A DNA stretch of 64,000 nucleotides from TPA_inf: Saccharomyces. Taxonomy: Eukaryota. Position numbers and translations under genes: made by a program. The first letter of the stretch is position 1; the number at the start of each line of letters is the position of its first letter. Below the pieces are notes generated by a model. It saw only the letters and a program-made list of their open reading frames with translations. It did not search any database and had not been told where the DNA came from. The DNA is taken from assembly GCA_000146045.2 (NCBI GenBank), contig BK006941.2, forward strand, positions 352,001 to 416,000, given 5' to 3'. Below are positions 36,733 to 48,160 of the stretch, one piece after another.

Positions 36733-36967
36733 ACCGGTTAGTTCTCATTTATAATGTATAATATACCCGAATCTTATTTATTTACCTTTCCTATTTTTTG
36801 ACGACCAGTAAATACTAATACATAATTAGGAACAAAAGTTAAATAAAAAAAAAAATAATAATTTAACGCATCCAATTAACGTGTCCTTTTTTCATCATTA
36901 ATTTATCTACTATTTCGATTTAAATTCCATATACAATAAATCCTAGATACATTCCCGAAAGCATCTT

Positions 36968-37711
36968 TTAGCGAAACATCTTCCTTGAGCTGCTAGCAGT
37001 GGGCTTAGTCCACCTGTTAGTTACTCTTGGTATACCACTAGGTCTTTTCGAGGCAGGAACATGGGTCTTTCTTACTCTTCCGTTATTTGAAATTCCTGCC
37101 GAAGGAACGGGCCTTCTACCAGATTGCACACCGTACCTTGGATTTAAGCCTTGATTTGGTGGCTTTGCTGGTGCAGCATCCTTTTCACCCTTCCTATTTT
37201 CTAATTTTTGTCTCAAATCCAAGATCTCCTTCTTTTTCAACGCTATCACGTTGTGTAAAGTACTCCCATCTTCATCATTTGTGTTTACATTTTCATTGTG
37301 CAGTCTATCATTAATTAGCTTTAAATAGGTTTGATCGCTCATCAATTTATGAATATAACCAGCTTGAGAATGAATGTTGATCCATGAATCTAAAATGGAA
37401 TTCGTAGATTTACATACCTCATGTACTTGATTAACGTATACTGGCAAGTTATTTTTTAATGCGGCCGTAACATTTTTTATCATTGCTGTTATTTTATCTA
37501 ACGATTCTGATTCTTTGAGTAAGGATTGCGTTGTGATTGAATTAAACGATCTTATAGAATTGCTGTTAGCCGAAATATTATCGCTTGCTCCACCTCCTGT
37601 GCTTTTTGGAAATTTATTGGTCGTGTTATTGAGGTTAGATCTCATCTCATTGAAAATCTGTGGAATCAGTTTGTCTATAGTCGAATCATCTAATTGGCTT
37701 TGCTCACTCAT
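36968..37711 (-). CDS. DUO1: DASH/Dam1 kinetochore complex subunit, 247 aa.
   Basis: The ATG at 37709-37711 gives MSEQSQLDDSTIDKLIPQIF..., 247 aa. The track ORF adds 8 codons upstream. Confidence 0.88.
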   Translation of the reverse strand: MSEQSQLDDSTIDKLIPQIFNEMRSNLNNTTNKFPKSTGGGASDNISANSNSIRSFNSITTQSLLKESESLDKITAMIKNVTAALKNNLPVYVNQVHEVCKSTNSILDSWINIHSQAGYIHKLMSDQTYLKLINDRLHNENVNTNDEDGSTLHNVIALKKKEILDLRQKLENRKGEKDAAPAKPPNQGLNPRYGVQSGRRPVPSAGISNNGRVRKTHVPASKRPSGIPRVTNRWTKPTASSSRKMFR

Positions 37712-38064
37712 ATTGAAGACTTGTTCAAGTTTCAAATTATCTTCTTTAGTAATACTTGAGTCACCAGTCCAGATTACTTAGCCTATCTTTCTTTATCGCG
37801 TTTGATTTTGGCGTTTGTTTGTAATTATTATTCTTTTTTCCTTCGTTTCGCTGTGAAACTAACTTGCGCTGAGGTCCAAAAACCTCTCATCTAAGAATAA
37901 AGGAAAATACATATTATCCTGGGTCTAAAAGGCTAAAAGAACTCACCGTCAAGAGGAAGGGCTCAGAAAGTATGGGTGAGTCAATTGAAACAATTTGTAA
38001 AAGCCTTGTCAGGGCTTTCCAAGAGGAGAAGGATGATTTTGTCTCACTTGTAACAATCATTGAT

Positions 38065-39990
38065 ATGTACAACGAGCAGGTGAACTCTGGAAAGTCTATA
38101 AAAGAAAAGGAACGTTATTTGGATGCCCTATTGAAAATACTTAAGGATAATCCAGTTACCTTAAAGGAAATTGGCTGGGATCTGCCAAAGGGTTTATTGC
38201 AGTTTTTCTCACGCAAAAACATCAATGTCAATATACATCTAGTTTTTAGTCCCCTTGTTTCTAGTGTGATGGAATGCTTCAATGAGCTAGCCATCAATGG
38301 AAATCCGAAAGAATGCTTGTTGACCGCTTGCGAATTGGTGTCAACACTCCATATAGTCTTAACTGAAACTGGCGACTCCGATGAAGAGAATGAAGATTTA
38401 AATGACTCCAATAGAAATGATGCGTCAAACATTACTGATGAGCTGTCAGTTATCACTCCGGAGATTGGGCACTATATGGCCAAAAATACAGTAGAATTCA
38501 TTCCAAATTTGAAAATTTACGTTCTCTTTGAATTTATGAGTTTATTGTTGAAACGTGTGGACACTTTATATCCATCTAAATTTCTAGCCATGGTAACTTC
38601 TGCAATTATTAAGTATGTAACAACCAACGTTCAGGCTATGGATGATCCACACTTTATTTTGCGCATAGTGTACAATTTTTGTACTAATTACTCTCCAGCT
38701 CAACCATCTGCTAGTCTGACCGATGGTATTAGTACAAACGATCTTGAAAAAATTCATGATGATGAATCTGCCTTACAGAAAAAACTACTGGCTAATCTGA
38801 GCGTATTCGTGATTAGCAACTGCCTAAAAAATCATCCAGGTAATATTGACAAGATATATTTCAAAACATTGATGCATAAAAAAACAGATGAAAATGAAAT
38901 CGATGCTTCAGTTTTACAGATATGCCACCAATACTACGAGTATGTCACATCATTGGATGTCCACATGAAAGAACTTTTAGAAAAGTGCCTGGTAGAATCA
39001 AGAAGCATCTATAACTCTCTTCTCATGAACCCGGCCGCTTCCACGCCCGAATTCAAAGAAGAAATTAACCAACTAGTATATGAGGTATCTTACGCATATC
39101 AAATCAAGAAACTAGCTGACGAAAAGAACTTAGAGCTGGACCAATATGGAGTTGTGATTCTATCTGCAATACATTATTCTAAAAATGGTACTCACTTATT
39201 GCCGCAAATTGATATCCAAAGCGCAATTTACCTCTATCTACGGTGTACGACAGCTTCTTTATTTTCAGAAATATACGAAAATAAGTTTTTGGAAAGTTCA
39301 GTACGCTACTGGCTATGGGTATCCACAACCGAGACTTCCACAGAGAAAATAAAGTGTGCCTTACAAGAACTTCCAGGGCACATTACCACGGCCTTTTTGC
39401 AGATGTTACTGATGAAAACTTGCAATGAATCTAATAACGACACTAAGTTGACCGAAATTACTCTTCTGAGGAGGTTACTCTATCTCATGCCCGAAAGCAC
39501 ATCTTTTACGTTCATCTTTGAAACTCTACTACATTGTCCATATATAACTGCAAAGATTGCTGTTCTTGACATTCTAAGAGATATGATGATTAGATCTCCT
39601 GAGGCTGCTAATCGTGACGAAACTGTCGGTTTAATCGAACAACAGAATCCTGGGAATACCGCTAATAGTGTACCGATAATGCCAACTCTACCTCCAAGAC
39701 CTTACATCACTATTAATGAAGATCGCATGGCTTCCATTCATAGCATTGCTTTAATATGTTTTTCTGCCGCCAAGCAAAAGAAAAGAACGCAAGGTGATTT
39801 ACTCTTGGTACTAACATATATGAAATTTTTTGTTAGTTTAAGGAACAAATGGGATTTGGGTCTGTTAACACTCATCAATAAAGAAATCTCCGAATCATTT
39901 CAAGGAGAAGGTGAGCCTGAATTAGCATTCATCAACATTTCCAATAATACTCTGGGAGAATATATAGAAGAGATGAACATACGCTCGTAA
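38065..39990 (+). CDS. YBP2: Yap1-binding-protein paralogue, 641 aa from the ATG at 38065. An in-frame ATG 31 codons upstream at 37972 is also open.
   Basis: 672-aa open frame. The annotated-size product (641 aa) starts at MYNEQVNSGKSI. Position is between DUO1 and PKP2. Confidence 0.8.
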   Translation: MYNEQVNSGKSIKEKERYLDALLKILKDNPVTLKEIGWDLPKGLLQFFSRKNINVNIHLVFSPLVSSVMECFNELAINGNPKECLLTACELVSTLHIVLTETGDSDEENEDLNDSNRNDASNITDELSVITPEIGHYMAKNTVEFIPNLKIYVLFEFMSLLLKRVDTLYPSKFLAMVTSAIIKYVTTNVQAMDDPHFILRIVYNFCTNYSPAQPSASLTDGISTNDLEKIHDDESALQKKLLANLSVFVISNCLKNHPGNIDKIYFKTLMHKKTDENEIDASVLQICHQYYEYVTSLDVHMKELLEKCLVESRSIYNSLLMNPAASTPEFKEEINQLVYEVSYAYQIKKLADEKNLELDQYGVVILSAIHYSKNGTHLLPQIDIQSAIYLYLRCTTASLFSEIYENKFLESSVRYWLWVSTTETSTEKIKCALQELPGHITTAFLQMLLMKTCNESNNDTKLTEITLLRRLLYLMPESTSFTFIFETLLHCPYITAKIAVLDILRDMMIRSPEAANRDETVGLIEQQNPGNTANSVPIMPTLPPRPYITINEDRMASIHSIALICFSAAKQKKRTQGDLLLVLTYMKFFVSLRNKWDLGLLTLINKEISESFQGEGEPELAFINISNNTLGEYIEEMNIRS

Positions 39991-40222
39991 ACTACATAGT
40001 AAATTAGTTGCTCTTCTCTTTTGTTCCCGAGTAAATCGAATTATTCTATTAAAGGGAAACACTATGTTTTGAGTCATCCAAACTTTCATTTTTTTCAGAT
40101 TTCATCGCCCGATCGTCAAGGAATAAAAAGGGAAGGGATGGGATACTTGCATTGGAACCCAGAAAGTACGTAAAAGATGAAGATCGTGAGAGATTGGTCA
40201 ATGGATAAATAGTTCTGTAATT

Positions 40223-41698
40223 ATGTCTAAGTATCAAATTAATTGCATAAGATACCGGCACTTTCTCAGGACATCTAATATCTCGCAGATCCCTGATTTC
40301 ACGAAATACTGCATTGGTCCCGTAAATGAAGAATTGGCACCTTACATCATGGAAACCATGAAGGCATACCCTTCAAATTCCGAATATATCAATCCGCAGC
40401 ATTACTATCATAATAGAACGGTATTAGTAGAAAATTACTTAAAACGAAGTCCAAATCCAGTATCATTAACGCAGTTAGCGCAATATTATGACGATTCTAC
40501 CAAGCTGACCAGAACCAAGATCATCAATTCCGGGAAATTTGTAAAAGAAGAACTGGTAATTAGGATCGCGCATAAATTAAATCAATTGCAACAACTTCCA
40601 TTTAATGTTGTGAACAACTTCCATTTTGTTCAAGTTTATGAGTCATATTACAATATTTTTGAAAGCTTTAGAAAATATCCGACTATAAGAACTTTAGAGG
40701 ACGCTTCTCAATTTGCAGATTTTATCAAAAATATGCTAGAAGGCTTCAATACTCTAAACTTACCACATTTGATAATGGGGGCTTTAGAATGTACAATTTT
40801 GGATCTTTATCCTCGTGAAAAAATGGACCAACTACTATCTGATCTGTTAAGAGCTCGAATATCAAGAAGATTGATTGTAGAGGAACACGTCAGTATCACA
40901 GCCAACTACACTAGTGGTAAGGAGGAAAATACCTTGGTATTGGGTGATATTTTTCAAGAATGTAGCGCTAAAAAATATTTATTGGAAGCCAGTGAGGAAT
41001 CTCAAAAATTTATCCAAGATATGTACTTTAAAGACATTCCCATGCCAGAATTTATTATCGAAGGTGACACTCAACTAAGCTTTTACTTTTTGCCTACACA
41101 TTTGAAGTATTTGTTAGGGGAGATCCTTCGAAATACTTACGAAGCAACCATGAAACACTATATTCGTAAGGGATTAGAAAAGCCGGAACCAATCATAGTA
41201 ACTGTAGTAAGTAACGATGAATCCTATTTGTTTAGAATTTCAGATAAAGCTGGGGGCGTCCTCCATGATGATGAAAATCTATGGTCATTCGGTAAATCGA
41301 AAGAAAGGGCTCAAGAATCCCTAAATAATTTTCACAAGTTACCTGGTTTACAAACAGTATCTATTTATGACGAAGTACATTCCCATACTAAATATAACTC
41401 CAAACTGAAGTCATTGCAGTCAATAACATTAAAACCGTACATGCACACGTCGCTAGAACCAATGAGTTATCCTAGCATCATAAATGGGCACATCAAATAT
41501 GAAACTCCCCTAATTGAATTGTTAAAGCGGTCTTTTAGATACAAGCTTGGGATTGGGTTAGCCATGTGTAAAGTGTATGCTGAATATTGGAACGGCGACC
41601 TTTCATTGCATTCAATGCCTGGATATGGTACCGATGTTGTATTAAAATTAGGCAACTTGATGAAGCATACGAAGAAACTACAATTAGATAAAGTGTGA
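40223..41698 (+). CDS. PKP2: Mitochondrial pyruvate dehydrogenase kinase (GHKL/BCKDK family), 491 aa.
   Basis: 491-aa ORF. The histidine-kinase-like ATPase motifs (N-box EILRNTYEAT, G-boxes DKAGG and GYGTDV) are present. Size and position match YGL059W. Confidence 0.9.
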   Translation: MSKYQINCIRYRHFLRTSNISQIPDFTKYCIGPVNEELAPYIMETMKAYPSNSEYINPQHYYHNRTVLVENYLKRSPNPVSLTQLAQYYDDSTKLTRTKIINSGKFVKEELVIRIAHKLNQLQQLPFNVVNNFHFVQVYESYYNIFESFRKYPTIRTLEDASQFADFIKNMLEGFNTLNLPHLIMGALECTILDLYPREKMDQLLSDLLRARISRRLIVEEHVSITANYTSGKEENTLVLGDIFQECSAKKYLLEASEESQKFIQDMYFKDIPMPEFIIEGDTQLSFYFLPTHLKYLLGEILRNTYEATMKHYIRKGLEKPEPIIVTVVSNDESYLFRISDKAGGVLHDDENLWSFGKSKERAQESLNNFHKLPGLQTVSIYDEVHSHTKYNSKLKSLQSITLKPYMHTSLEPMSYPSIINGHIKYETPLIELLKRSFRYKLGIGLAMCKVYAEYWNGDLSLHSMPGYGTDVVLKLGNLMKHTKKLQLDKV

Positions 41699-41985
41699 GC
41701 TAACCATGCTTACACTATATACCAAGGAACAAATACATATTCGGAATATTAGTATGGTGACTACATTTCCCGGATTAGTGTATGTATATACAAAAAGGCA
41801 CCTCCGGGTAGCCGGAGTAGAAAGCTGGAAAAATAAAAATGAAAGCGAATGGAATGTGTAAGAGAAAAAAAGGAAAGAACTATCAAGTTGCAGAGTTGAT
41901 GACATAAATAGTAGAGTGGAAAATCAACGAAGATCGAATTCCAAAGATTATTTTTAGGCAGACAGAGACTAAAAGATAAAGCGTC

Positions 41986-42504
41986 ATGTCCACACCAGCT
42001 AGAAGAAGGTTGATGAGAGATTTTAAACGTATGAAGGAAGATGCCCCACCGGGTGTATCTGCTTCACCATTACCTGATAACGTCATGGTATGGAACGCCA
42101 TGATTATCGGGCCAGCCGATACTCCATATGAAGACGGAACTTTTAGGTTATTGTTGGAGTTTGATGAAGAATATCCCAATAAGCCACCGCATGTCAAATT
42201 TTTGAGTGAAATGTTTCATCCCAATGTCTATGCAAATGGTGAAATTTGTTTGGATATTTTGCAGAACAGATGGACTCCAACATATGATGTCGCATCCATA
42301 TTGACATCCATTCAAAGTTTATTCAACGATCCAAATCCAGCTTCGCCAGCAAACGTTGAAGCTGCAACATTATTCAAAGATCATAAATCACAGTACGTCA
42401 AAAGAGTTAAGGAGACGGTAGAGAAATCTTGGGAGGATGATATGGACGATATGGACGATGATGATGATGATGATGACGACGACGACGACGACGAAGCAGA
42501 CTGA
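41986..42504 (+). CDS. RAD6: Ubiquitin-conjugating enzyme E2 (Ubc2) with a 23-residue polyacidic tail, 172 aa.
   Basis: [19 protein letters not shown]...[15 protein letters not shown] (catalytic Cys) ...[22 protein letters not shown]. This is an exact match to Rad6 as I remember it. Confidence 0.97.
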   Translation: MSTPARRRLMRDFKRMKEDAPPGVSASPLPDNVMVWNAMIIGPADTPYEDGTFRLLLEFDEEYPNKPPHVKFLSEMFHPNVYANGEICLDILQNRWTPTYDVASILTSIQSLFNDPNPASPANVEAATLFKDHKSQYVKRVKETVEKSWEDDMDDMDDDDDDDDDDDDDEAD

Positions 42505-42965
42505 GAAAAATCAAAAGAATCTTAATGATGAATGCCGAGCCGATATTATGAATTCGATTACCTTTTTGTTCAATCAAATATAGGGCTTCATCGTGAGTTT
42601 CTTTCTCTATCGATCCGTTTGCTTTCTATTCCTCCATCTTCTACTTTATACCGTAAAGAAAATTTAATAATGATAGAAACATTGCATATAAATAATATAC
42701 TAAAAAGAAACACTGCTCTACCATAAATTTCTTTGGAGAAAATAACGTGAAATGAGAAATAAGGACAATTTGTTATCGGTTATAACTGCCGATACCCGTA
42801 TCTTTTGTGTTTGATTCAAGGAATACTTATTTAGAGTAGAAAGAATATATTTACTTAGATAACTTAATGTATAATATATAAAAAAAATCAAAAAAACAGG
42901 AAAAAAAAAAATCATGAGTGAGTGGCACTTTTAACTGCAAGAATGAAGAGTGACCCCATTTTTTT

Positions 42966-43829
42966 TTATTCTGATATTACAGTACTCTTCTGTGCGGGCA
43001 GCTCCTTCGTTTTTTGTTTTGCACTTTCATCCAACCACACATATATGGAAACAAAAACGACGAATGAAATTATAGCTTTGCTGAATGGATCTATGCTCTT
43101 CCAAGTAAACCTTTTATCATCAAGATGAAACACCTTGACCACGTTTTGCACATCAGCAGGTAGTATATTTGCGTTTTTGTTATTTTGTAGGAGAAACCAA
43201 TTATATTCGATGAATGGAAGTTTCAAGAATTGGGACCTAACTGACGGAGAAGAGTTTGTCAGGACAAATTGAGTTCGAGGTCCAAGAAAGCCAAATGACT
43301 TGTAGTACCACAACTGAATGAAATCTTGCTTTAGATCATTCCAGTTTCCTCGCATTTTCTCATTTATGGCAAAATCCAATAAATCTAAGTCATTACCACT
43401 TAACTTAGGAAAATTCTGAAGTAATATATTCGTATCTATCAACTGATTGTTATGTGTCGAAGACGGATTGAAGAATTTGTTCATAATGACACCAAGCTCG
43501 CCGTTGTTTAGACGCTCAGTTAATAAATGATCGCGTTTCAAACCACTTGTTTCGTCTTCATCTAGATCTGGTGCACTTGGCTGCAAGACGCTAAATATCT
43601 CGGACATGGTCTGTGAGAAGGAAATGGGGTTTTCTGTAGATGTAGTACTGCCATTTTGAGCTAACCGTATTTTCTGCTTCAAAAGCAGTGAAGCCGGTGG
43701 AATTCTTTCTAATTTTGGTTGATAAAATCTCTTTACCAAAAGATTTCCTGCGACTGCTTTAATCATGGGACCGATTCTGAAGGCTCTATGCGATTTTAAT
43801 CTGAAGATTTTAACATTTGACAGTACCAT
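42966..43829 (-). CDS. GEP7: Mitochondrial protein (genetic interactor of prohibitins), 287 aa.
   Basis: 287-aa ORF with an N-terminal presequence-like region. Size and position match YGL057C. Confidence 0.8.
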   Translation of the reverse strand: MVLSNVKIFRLKSHRAFRIGPMIKAVAGNLLVKRFYQPKLERIPPASLLLKQKIRLAQNGSTTSTENPISFSQTMSEIFSVLQPSAPDLDEDETSGLKRDHLLTERLNNGELGVIMNKFFNPSSTHNNQLIDTNILLQNFPKLSGNDLDLLDFAINEKMRGNWNDLKQDFIQLWYYKSFGFLGPRTQFVLTNSSPSVRSQFLKLPFIEYNWFLLQNNKNANILPADVQNVVKVFHLDDKRFTWKSIDPFSKAIISFVVFVSIYVWLDESAKQKTKELPAQKSTVISE

Positions 43830-44034
43830 CTCAATCGGACCTTTTAACTGATTTTAGCGAGAACATGTGTATATATTTCCTCTAAGAAAAGAAAGGGCCT
43901 AAAAACCTCGCCCCAGTGCATAATAAAAGTAAAAAAAAAAAAATCAAACTTTATTGGGATAAAATAAAAATCAGAAAAACCCTTATATATGTATATGTAG
44001 TTAAATGAAGCCAGTTTTTTTCGTCTGGTTTGTT

Positions 44035-45618
44035 TCAGCCTATATGCCCTCTTTGCTTTCTTGCCATCTGCGGATCAATTTCCTTATGATGCGTTTGTTT
44101 TCTTGCCAAAACACTTAATATGTCAGTCAATGACACAACACCTATCAATTTACCTGTTCTATACTCCTTTTCGAAATGTGCTGGAGTTGGAGATGCGGGA
44201 CAATTACTTGGACTTTGAGGTGGTGGCATTGTGGCCGATGGAGACTGTGGTTGAGAAGGTGAGGGACCACTCAAATTTATATTTACATTTATTTTATTGT
44301 TTGATGTATCTGAAGATTTTAGAACAGGAGAGTTGGCCATCCTGGAAGATTGCGTGTTCGAATGGTATGACGACGCAAGCGATGGCAATGTCGTTACGGG
44401 TGGAGTACTTGGTGATGGAGATGAGGATTTTTCGGAAGATGCTGTTGGTTGATTGTCATTTGGTTGTACTATCCATAATCTGTGAGATTTGGTAGCGACC
44501 AATTTGGCAAACGTTCTTGCCAGGGAACTTGTTGGATACACATGGAAAATAGGAAATGAGTCCTTACCGGTCTCTAGGCCCCTTAAATTCAAAATAACCG
44601 AGACAAAATGACGACATGTATTGTGTAATAAAGGATATTGTGAAGTTCTGGTGACGTGTTTGACGTCTGTTACTGAAATATTACCAATCAAGTTTCCCTG
44701 CGGGTCAACTACCGCAATGGAAGAGATTCTTTCGACATACATTTTATGCAGAGCCATAATTAGATGCTCGTCACCTTGGATGGATATGACACGTGACTGC
44801 TTGAATGTAGGTTTATCACGGGCTGCATTTAGTACACCAATATTCAGCTCCTCCAGGGAAGAGTCCAAGAGAGGCTTCAAGTTGGGAAATGATCTCGCAT
44901 TCTCCCACAGATACTTAATCAATCGACGTTGGGAAAGTATACCTTTAATCTGTGTCATTTCCACGTTCGTGATGGCAACACGATGCACACCTGAGCCTAG
45001 TATGCCTATTACCGTCGATAAGTTTTCCGTTTCGGGCAATTTGTAGAATGGATTCTTAGGTGTCAACTTTACTATCTCGCCCACGGGCACGGACTTACCA
45101 TTCTGGCAGTCTGAGGTTATCTTGTCGTTGCTCACCTTGATCCTGTTTAATACAAGAAGAAGGTACGCATTGAGATCATTATAGTCGAATGTTAAACAAT
45201 TCATGTCTCCCGGAAAATTCTCCACAGGCAAAGACGTTAGCTGGTGCTTGACCAGCGTGTTGAATGCTTCCTCTACGGAAATAGAACCTCTGATGAAAAT
45301 CAATTTGTTCTGTTCCACCAAATTTGACAGAGGAGTGTGTTGCCACTCCTGCCTATGAACAGATAACAGATTCTGTGAATTCAAGGTGGACAAGGAGTTG
45401 CCATTATTGTTTGAGTATTCCGTGTTATCCAGCGTGGAGAGAGAAGATGAAGATGACGATTTCGAAATAGATTTATGTAGTGATTCTGTGTCGCTTTTGT
45501 TTGCTTCAGTGTTCTTGTCTGTCTGTTCGCTCAAACTATTTAAATCTGTGGAATTCGGTAATTGAGGTGGGGTAGAAAGCATTTCTACGATGGACGTGTG
45601 TCTTGTATTTTGAGGCAT
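44035..45618 (-). CDS. SDS23: CBS-domain protein (Sds23/Moc1 family), 527 aa.
   Basis: The ATG at 45616-45618 gives MPQNTRHTSIVEML..., 527 aa. CBS pairs are present. The track ORF adds 23 codons upstream. Confidence 0.88.
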   Translation of the reverse strand: MPQNTRHTSIVEMLSTPPQLPNSTDLNSLSEQTDKNTEANKSDTESLHKSISKSSSSSSLSTLDNTEYSNNNGNSLSTLNSQNLLSVHRQEWQHTPLSNLVEQNKLIFIRGSISVEEAFNTLVKHQLTSLPVENFPGDMNCLTFDYNDLNAYLLLVLNRIKVSNDKITSDCQNGKSVPVGEIVKLTPKNPFYKLPETENLSTVIGILGSGVHRVAITNVEMTQIKGILSQRRLIKYLWENARSFPNLKPLLDSSLEELNIGVLNAARDKPTFKQSRVISIQGDEHLIMALHKMYVERISSIAVVDPQGNLIGNISVTDVKHVTRTSQYPLLHNTCRHFVSVILNLRGLETGKDSFPIFHVYPTSSLARTFAKLVATKSHRLWIVQPNDNQPTASSEKSSSPSPSTPPVTTLPSLASSYHSNTQSSRMANSPVLKSSDTSNNKINVNINLSGPSPSQPQSPSATMPPPQSPSNCPASPTPAHFEKEYRTGKLIGVVSLTDILSVLARKQTHHKEIDPQMARKQRGHIG

Positions 45619-46284
45619 TGGGTGGGTCTTGCTGAAAAGATGATGTTCTGAGGTATTCGTATCGCTAGCTTGATACGCTTTTAACAAAAGTAAGCTTTTC
45701 GTTTGCAGGTTTGGTTACTTTTCTGTACGAGATGATATCGCTAAGTTTATAGTCATCTGTGAAATTTCTCAAAAACCTCATGGTTTCTCCATCACCCATT
45801 TTTCATTTCATTTGCCGGGCGGAAAAAAAAAAGGAAAAAAAAAAAAAAAAAAAATAAATGACACATGGAAATAAGTCAAGGATTAGCGGATATGTAGTTC
45901 CAGTCCGGGTTATACCATCACGTGATAATAAATCCAAATGAGAATGAGGGTGTCATATCTAATCATTATGCACGTCAAGATTCTCCGTGACTATGGCTCT
46001 TTTCTGAAGCATTTTTCGGGCGCCCGGTGGCCAAAAACTAACTCCGAGCCCGGGCATGTCCCGGGGTTAGCGGGCCCAACAAAGGCGCTTATCTGGTGGG
46101 CTTCCGTAGAAGAAAAAAAGCTGTTGAGCGAGCTATTTCGGGTATCCCAGCCTTCTCTGCAGACCGCCCCAGTTGGCTTGGCTCTGGTGCTGTTCGTTAG
46201 CATCACATCGCCTGTGACAGGCAGAGGTAATAACGGCTTAAGGTTCTCTTCGCATAGTCGGCAGCTTTCTTTCGGACGTTGAAC

Positions 46285-46293
46285 ACTCAACAA
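46285..46293 (+). promoter_or_regulatory. LORE (low-oxygen response element) ACTCAACAA. It lies about 340 bp upstream of the OLE1 ATG.
   Basis: An exact 9-mer is seen. Its position matches the published LORE location in the OLE1 promoter. Confidence 0.6.
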
Positions 46294-46627
46294 ACCTTAT
46301 CTAGTGCCCAACCAGGTGTGCTTCTACGAGTCTTGCTCACTCAGACACACCTATCCCTATTGTTACGGCTATGGGGATGGCACACAAAGGTGGAAATAAT
46401 AGTAGTTAACAATATATGCAGCAAATCATCGGCTCCTGGCTCATCGAGTCTTGCAAATCAGCATATACATATATATATGGGGGCAGATCTTGATTCATTT
46501 ATTGTTCTATTTCCATCTTTCCTACTTCTGTTTCCGTTTATATTTTGTATTACGTAGAATAGAACATCATAGTAATAGATAGTTGTGGTGATCATATTAT
46601 AAACAGCACTAAAACATTACAACAAAG

Positions 46628-48160
46628 ATGCCAACTTCTGGAACTACTATTGAATTGATTGACGACCAATTTCCAAAGGATGACTCTGCCAGCAGTGGCA
46701 TTGTCGACGAAGTCGACTTAACGGAAGCTAATATTTTGGCTACTGGTTTGAATAAGAAAGCACCAAGAATTGTCAACGGTTTTGGTTCTTTAATGGGCTC
46801 CAAGGAAATGGTTTCCGTGGAATTCGACAAGAAGGGAAACGAAAAGAAGTCCAATTTGGATCGTCTGCTAGAAAAGGACAACCAAGAAAAAGAAGAAGCT
46901 AAAACTAAAATTCACATCTCCGAACAACCATGGACTTTGAATAACTGGCACCAACATTTGAACTGGTTGAACATGGTTCTTGTTTGTGGTATGCCAATGA
47001 TTGGTTGGTACTTTGCTCTCTCTGGTAAAGTGCCTTTGCATTTAAACGTTTTCCTTTTCTCCGTTTTCTACTACGCTGTCGGTGGTGTTTCTATTACTGC
47101 CGGTTACCATAGATTATGGTCTCACAGATCTTACTCCGCTCACTGGCCATTGAGATTATTCTACGCTATCTTCGGTTGTGCTTCCGTTGAAGGGTCCGCT
47201 AAATGGTGGGGCCACTCTCACAGAATTCACCATCGTTACACTGATACCTTGAGAGATCCTTATGACGCTCGTAGAGGTCTATGGTACTCCCACATGGGAT
47301 GGATGCTTTTGAAGCCAAATCCAAAATACAAGGCTAGAGCTGATATTACCGATATGACTGATGATTGGACCATTAGATTCCAACACAGACACTACATCTT
47401 GTTGATGTTGTTAACCGCTTTCGTCATTCCAACTCTTATCTGTGGTTACTTTTTCAACGACTATATGGGTGGTTTGATCTATGCCGGTTTTATTCGTGTC
47501 TTTGTCATTCAACAAGCTACCTTTTGCATTAACTCCTTGGCTCATTACATCGGTACCCAACCATTCGATGACAGAAGAACCCCTCGTGACAACTGGATTA
47601 CTGCCATTGTTACTTTCGGTGAAGGTTACCATAACTTCCACCACGAATTCCCAACTGATTACAGAAACGCTATTAAGTGGTACCAATACGACCCAACTAA
47701 GGTTATCATCTATTTGACTTCTTTAGTTGGTCTAGCATACGACTTGAAGAAATTCTCTCAAAATGCTATTGAAGAAGCCTTGATTCAACAAGAACAAAAG
47801 AAGATCAATAAAAAGAAGGCTAAGATTAACTGGGGTCCAGTTTTGACTGATTTGCCAATGTGGGACAAACAAACCTTCTTGGCTAAGTCTAAGGAAAACA
47901 AGGGTTTGGTTATCATTTCTGGTATTGTTCACGACGTATCTGGTTATATCTCTGAACATCCAGGTGGTGAAACTTTAATTAAAACTGCATTAGGTAAGGA
48001 CGCTACCAAGGCTTTCAGTGGTGGTGTCTACCGTCACTCAAATGCCGCTCAAAATGTCTTGGCTGATATGAGAGTGGCTGTTATCAAGGAAAGTAAGAAC
48101 TCTGCTATTAGAATGGCTAGTAAGAGAGGTGAAATCTACGAAACTGGTAAGTTCTTTTAA
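46628..48160 (+). CDS. OLE1: Delta-9 fatty acid desaturase with a C-terminal cytochrome b5 domain, 510 aa.
   Basis: 510-aa ORF. The histidine boxes HRLWSH, HRIHHR and HNFHHEFP are present. The C-terminal b5 heme motif is HPGG. Confidence 0.97.
   Translation: MPTSGTTIELIDDQFPKDDSASSGIVDEVDLTEANILATGLNKKAPRIVNGFGSLMGSKEMVSVEFDKKGNEKKSNLDRLLEKDNQEKEEAKTKIHISEQPWTLNNWHQHLNWLNMVLVCGMPMIGWYFALSGKVPLHLNVFLFSVFYYAVGGVSITAGYHRLWSHRSYSAHWPLRLFYAIFGCASVEGSAKWWGHSHRIHHRYTDTLRDPYDARRGLWYSHMGWMLLKPNPKYKARADITDMTDDWTIRFQHRHYILLMLLTAFVIPTLICGYFFNDYMGGLIYAGFIRVFVIQQATFCINSLAHYIGTQPFDDRRTPRDNWITAIVTFGEGYHNFHHEFPTDYRNAIKWYQYDPTKVIIYLTSLVGLAYDLKKFSQNAIEEALIQQEQKKINKKKAKINWGPVLTDLPMWDKQTFLAKSKENKGLVIISGIVHDVSGYISEHPGGETLIKTALGKDATKAFSGGVYRHSNAAQNVLADMRVAVIKESKNSAIRMASKRGEIYETGKFF

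Noticed and set aside
45790-45860. A32 tract (GGAAAAAAAAAAGGAAAAAAAAAAAAAAAAAAAA) as a special element.
   Set aside because: This is a common poly(dA:dT) nucleosome-excluding promoter tract about 200 bp upstream of SDS23. It is not unusual for yeast. An A18 at 14779-14796 is similar.
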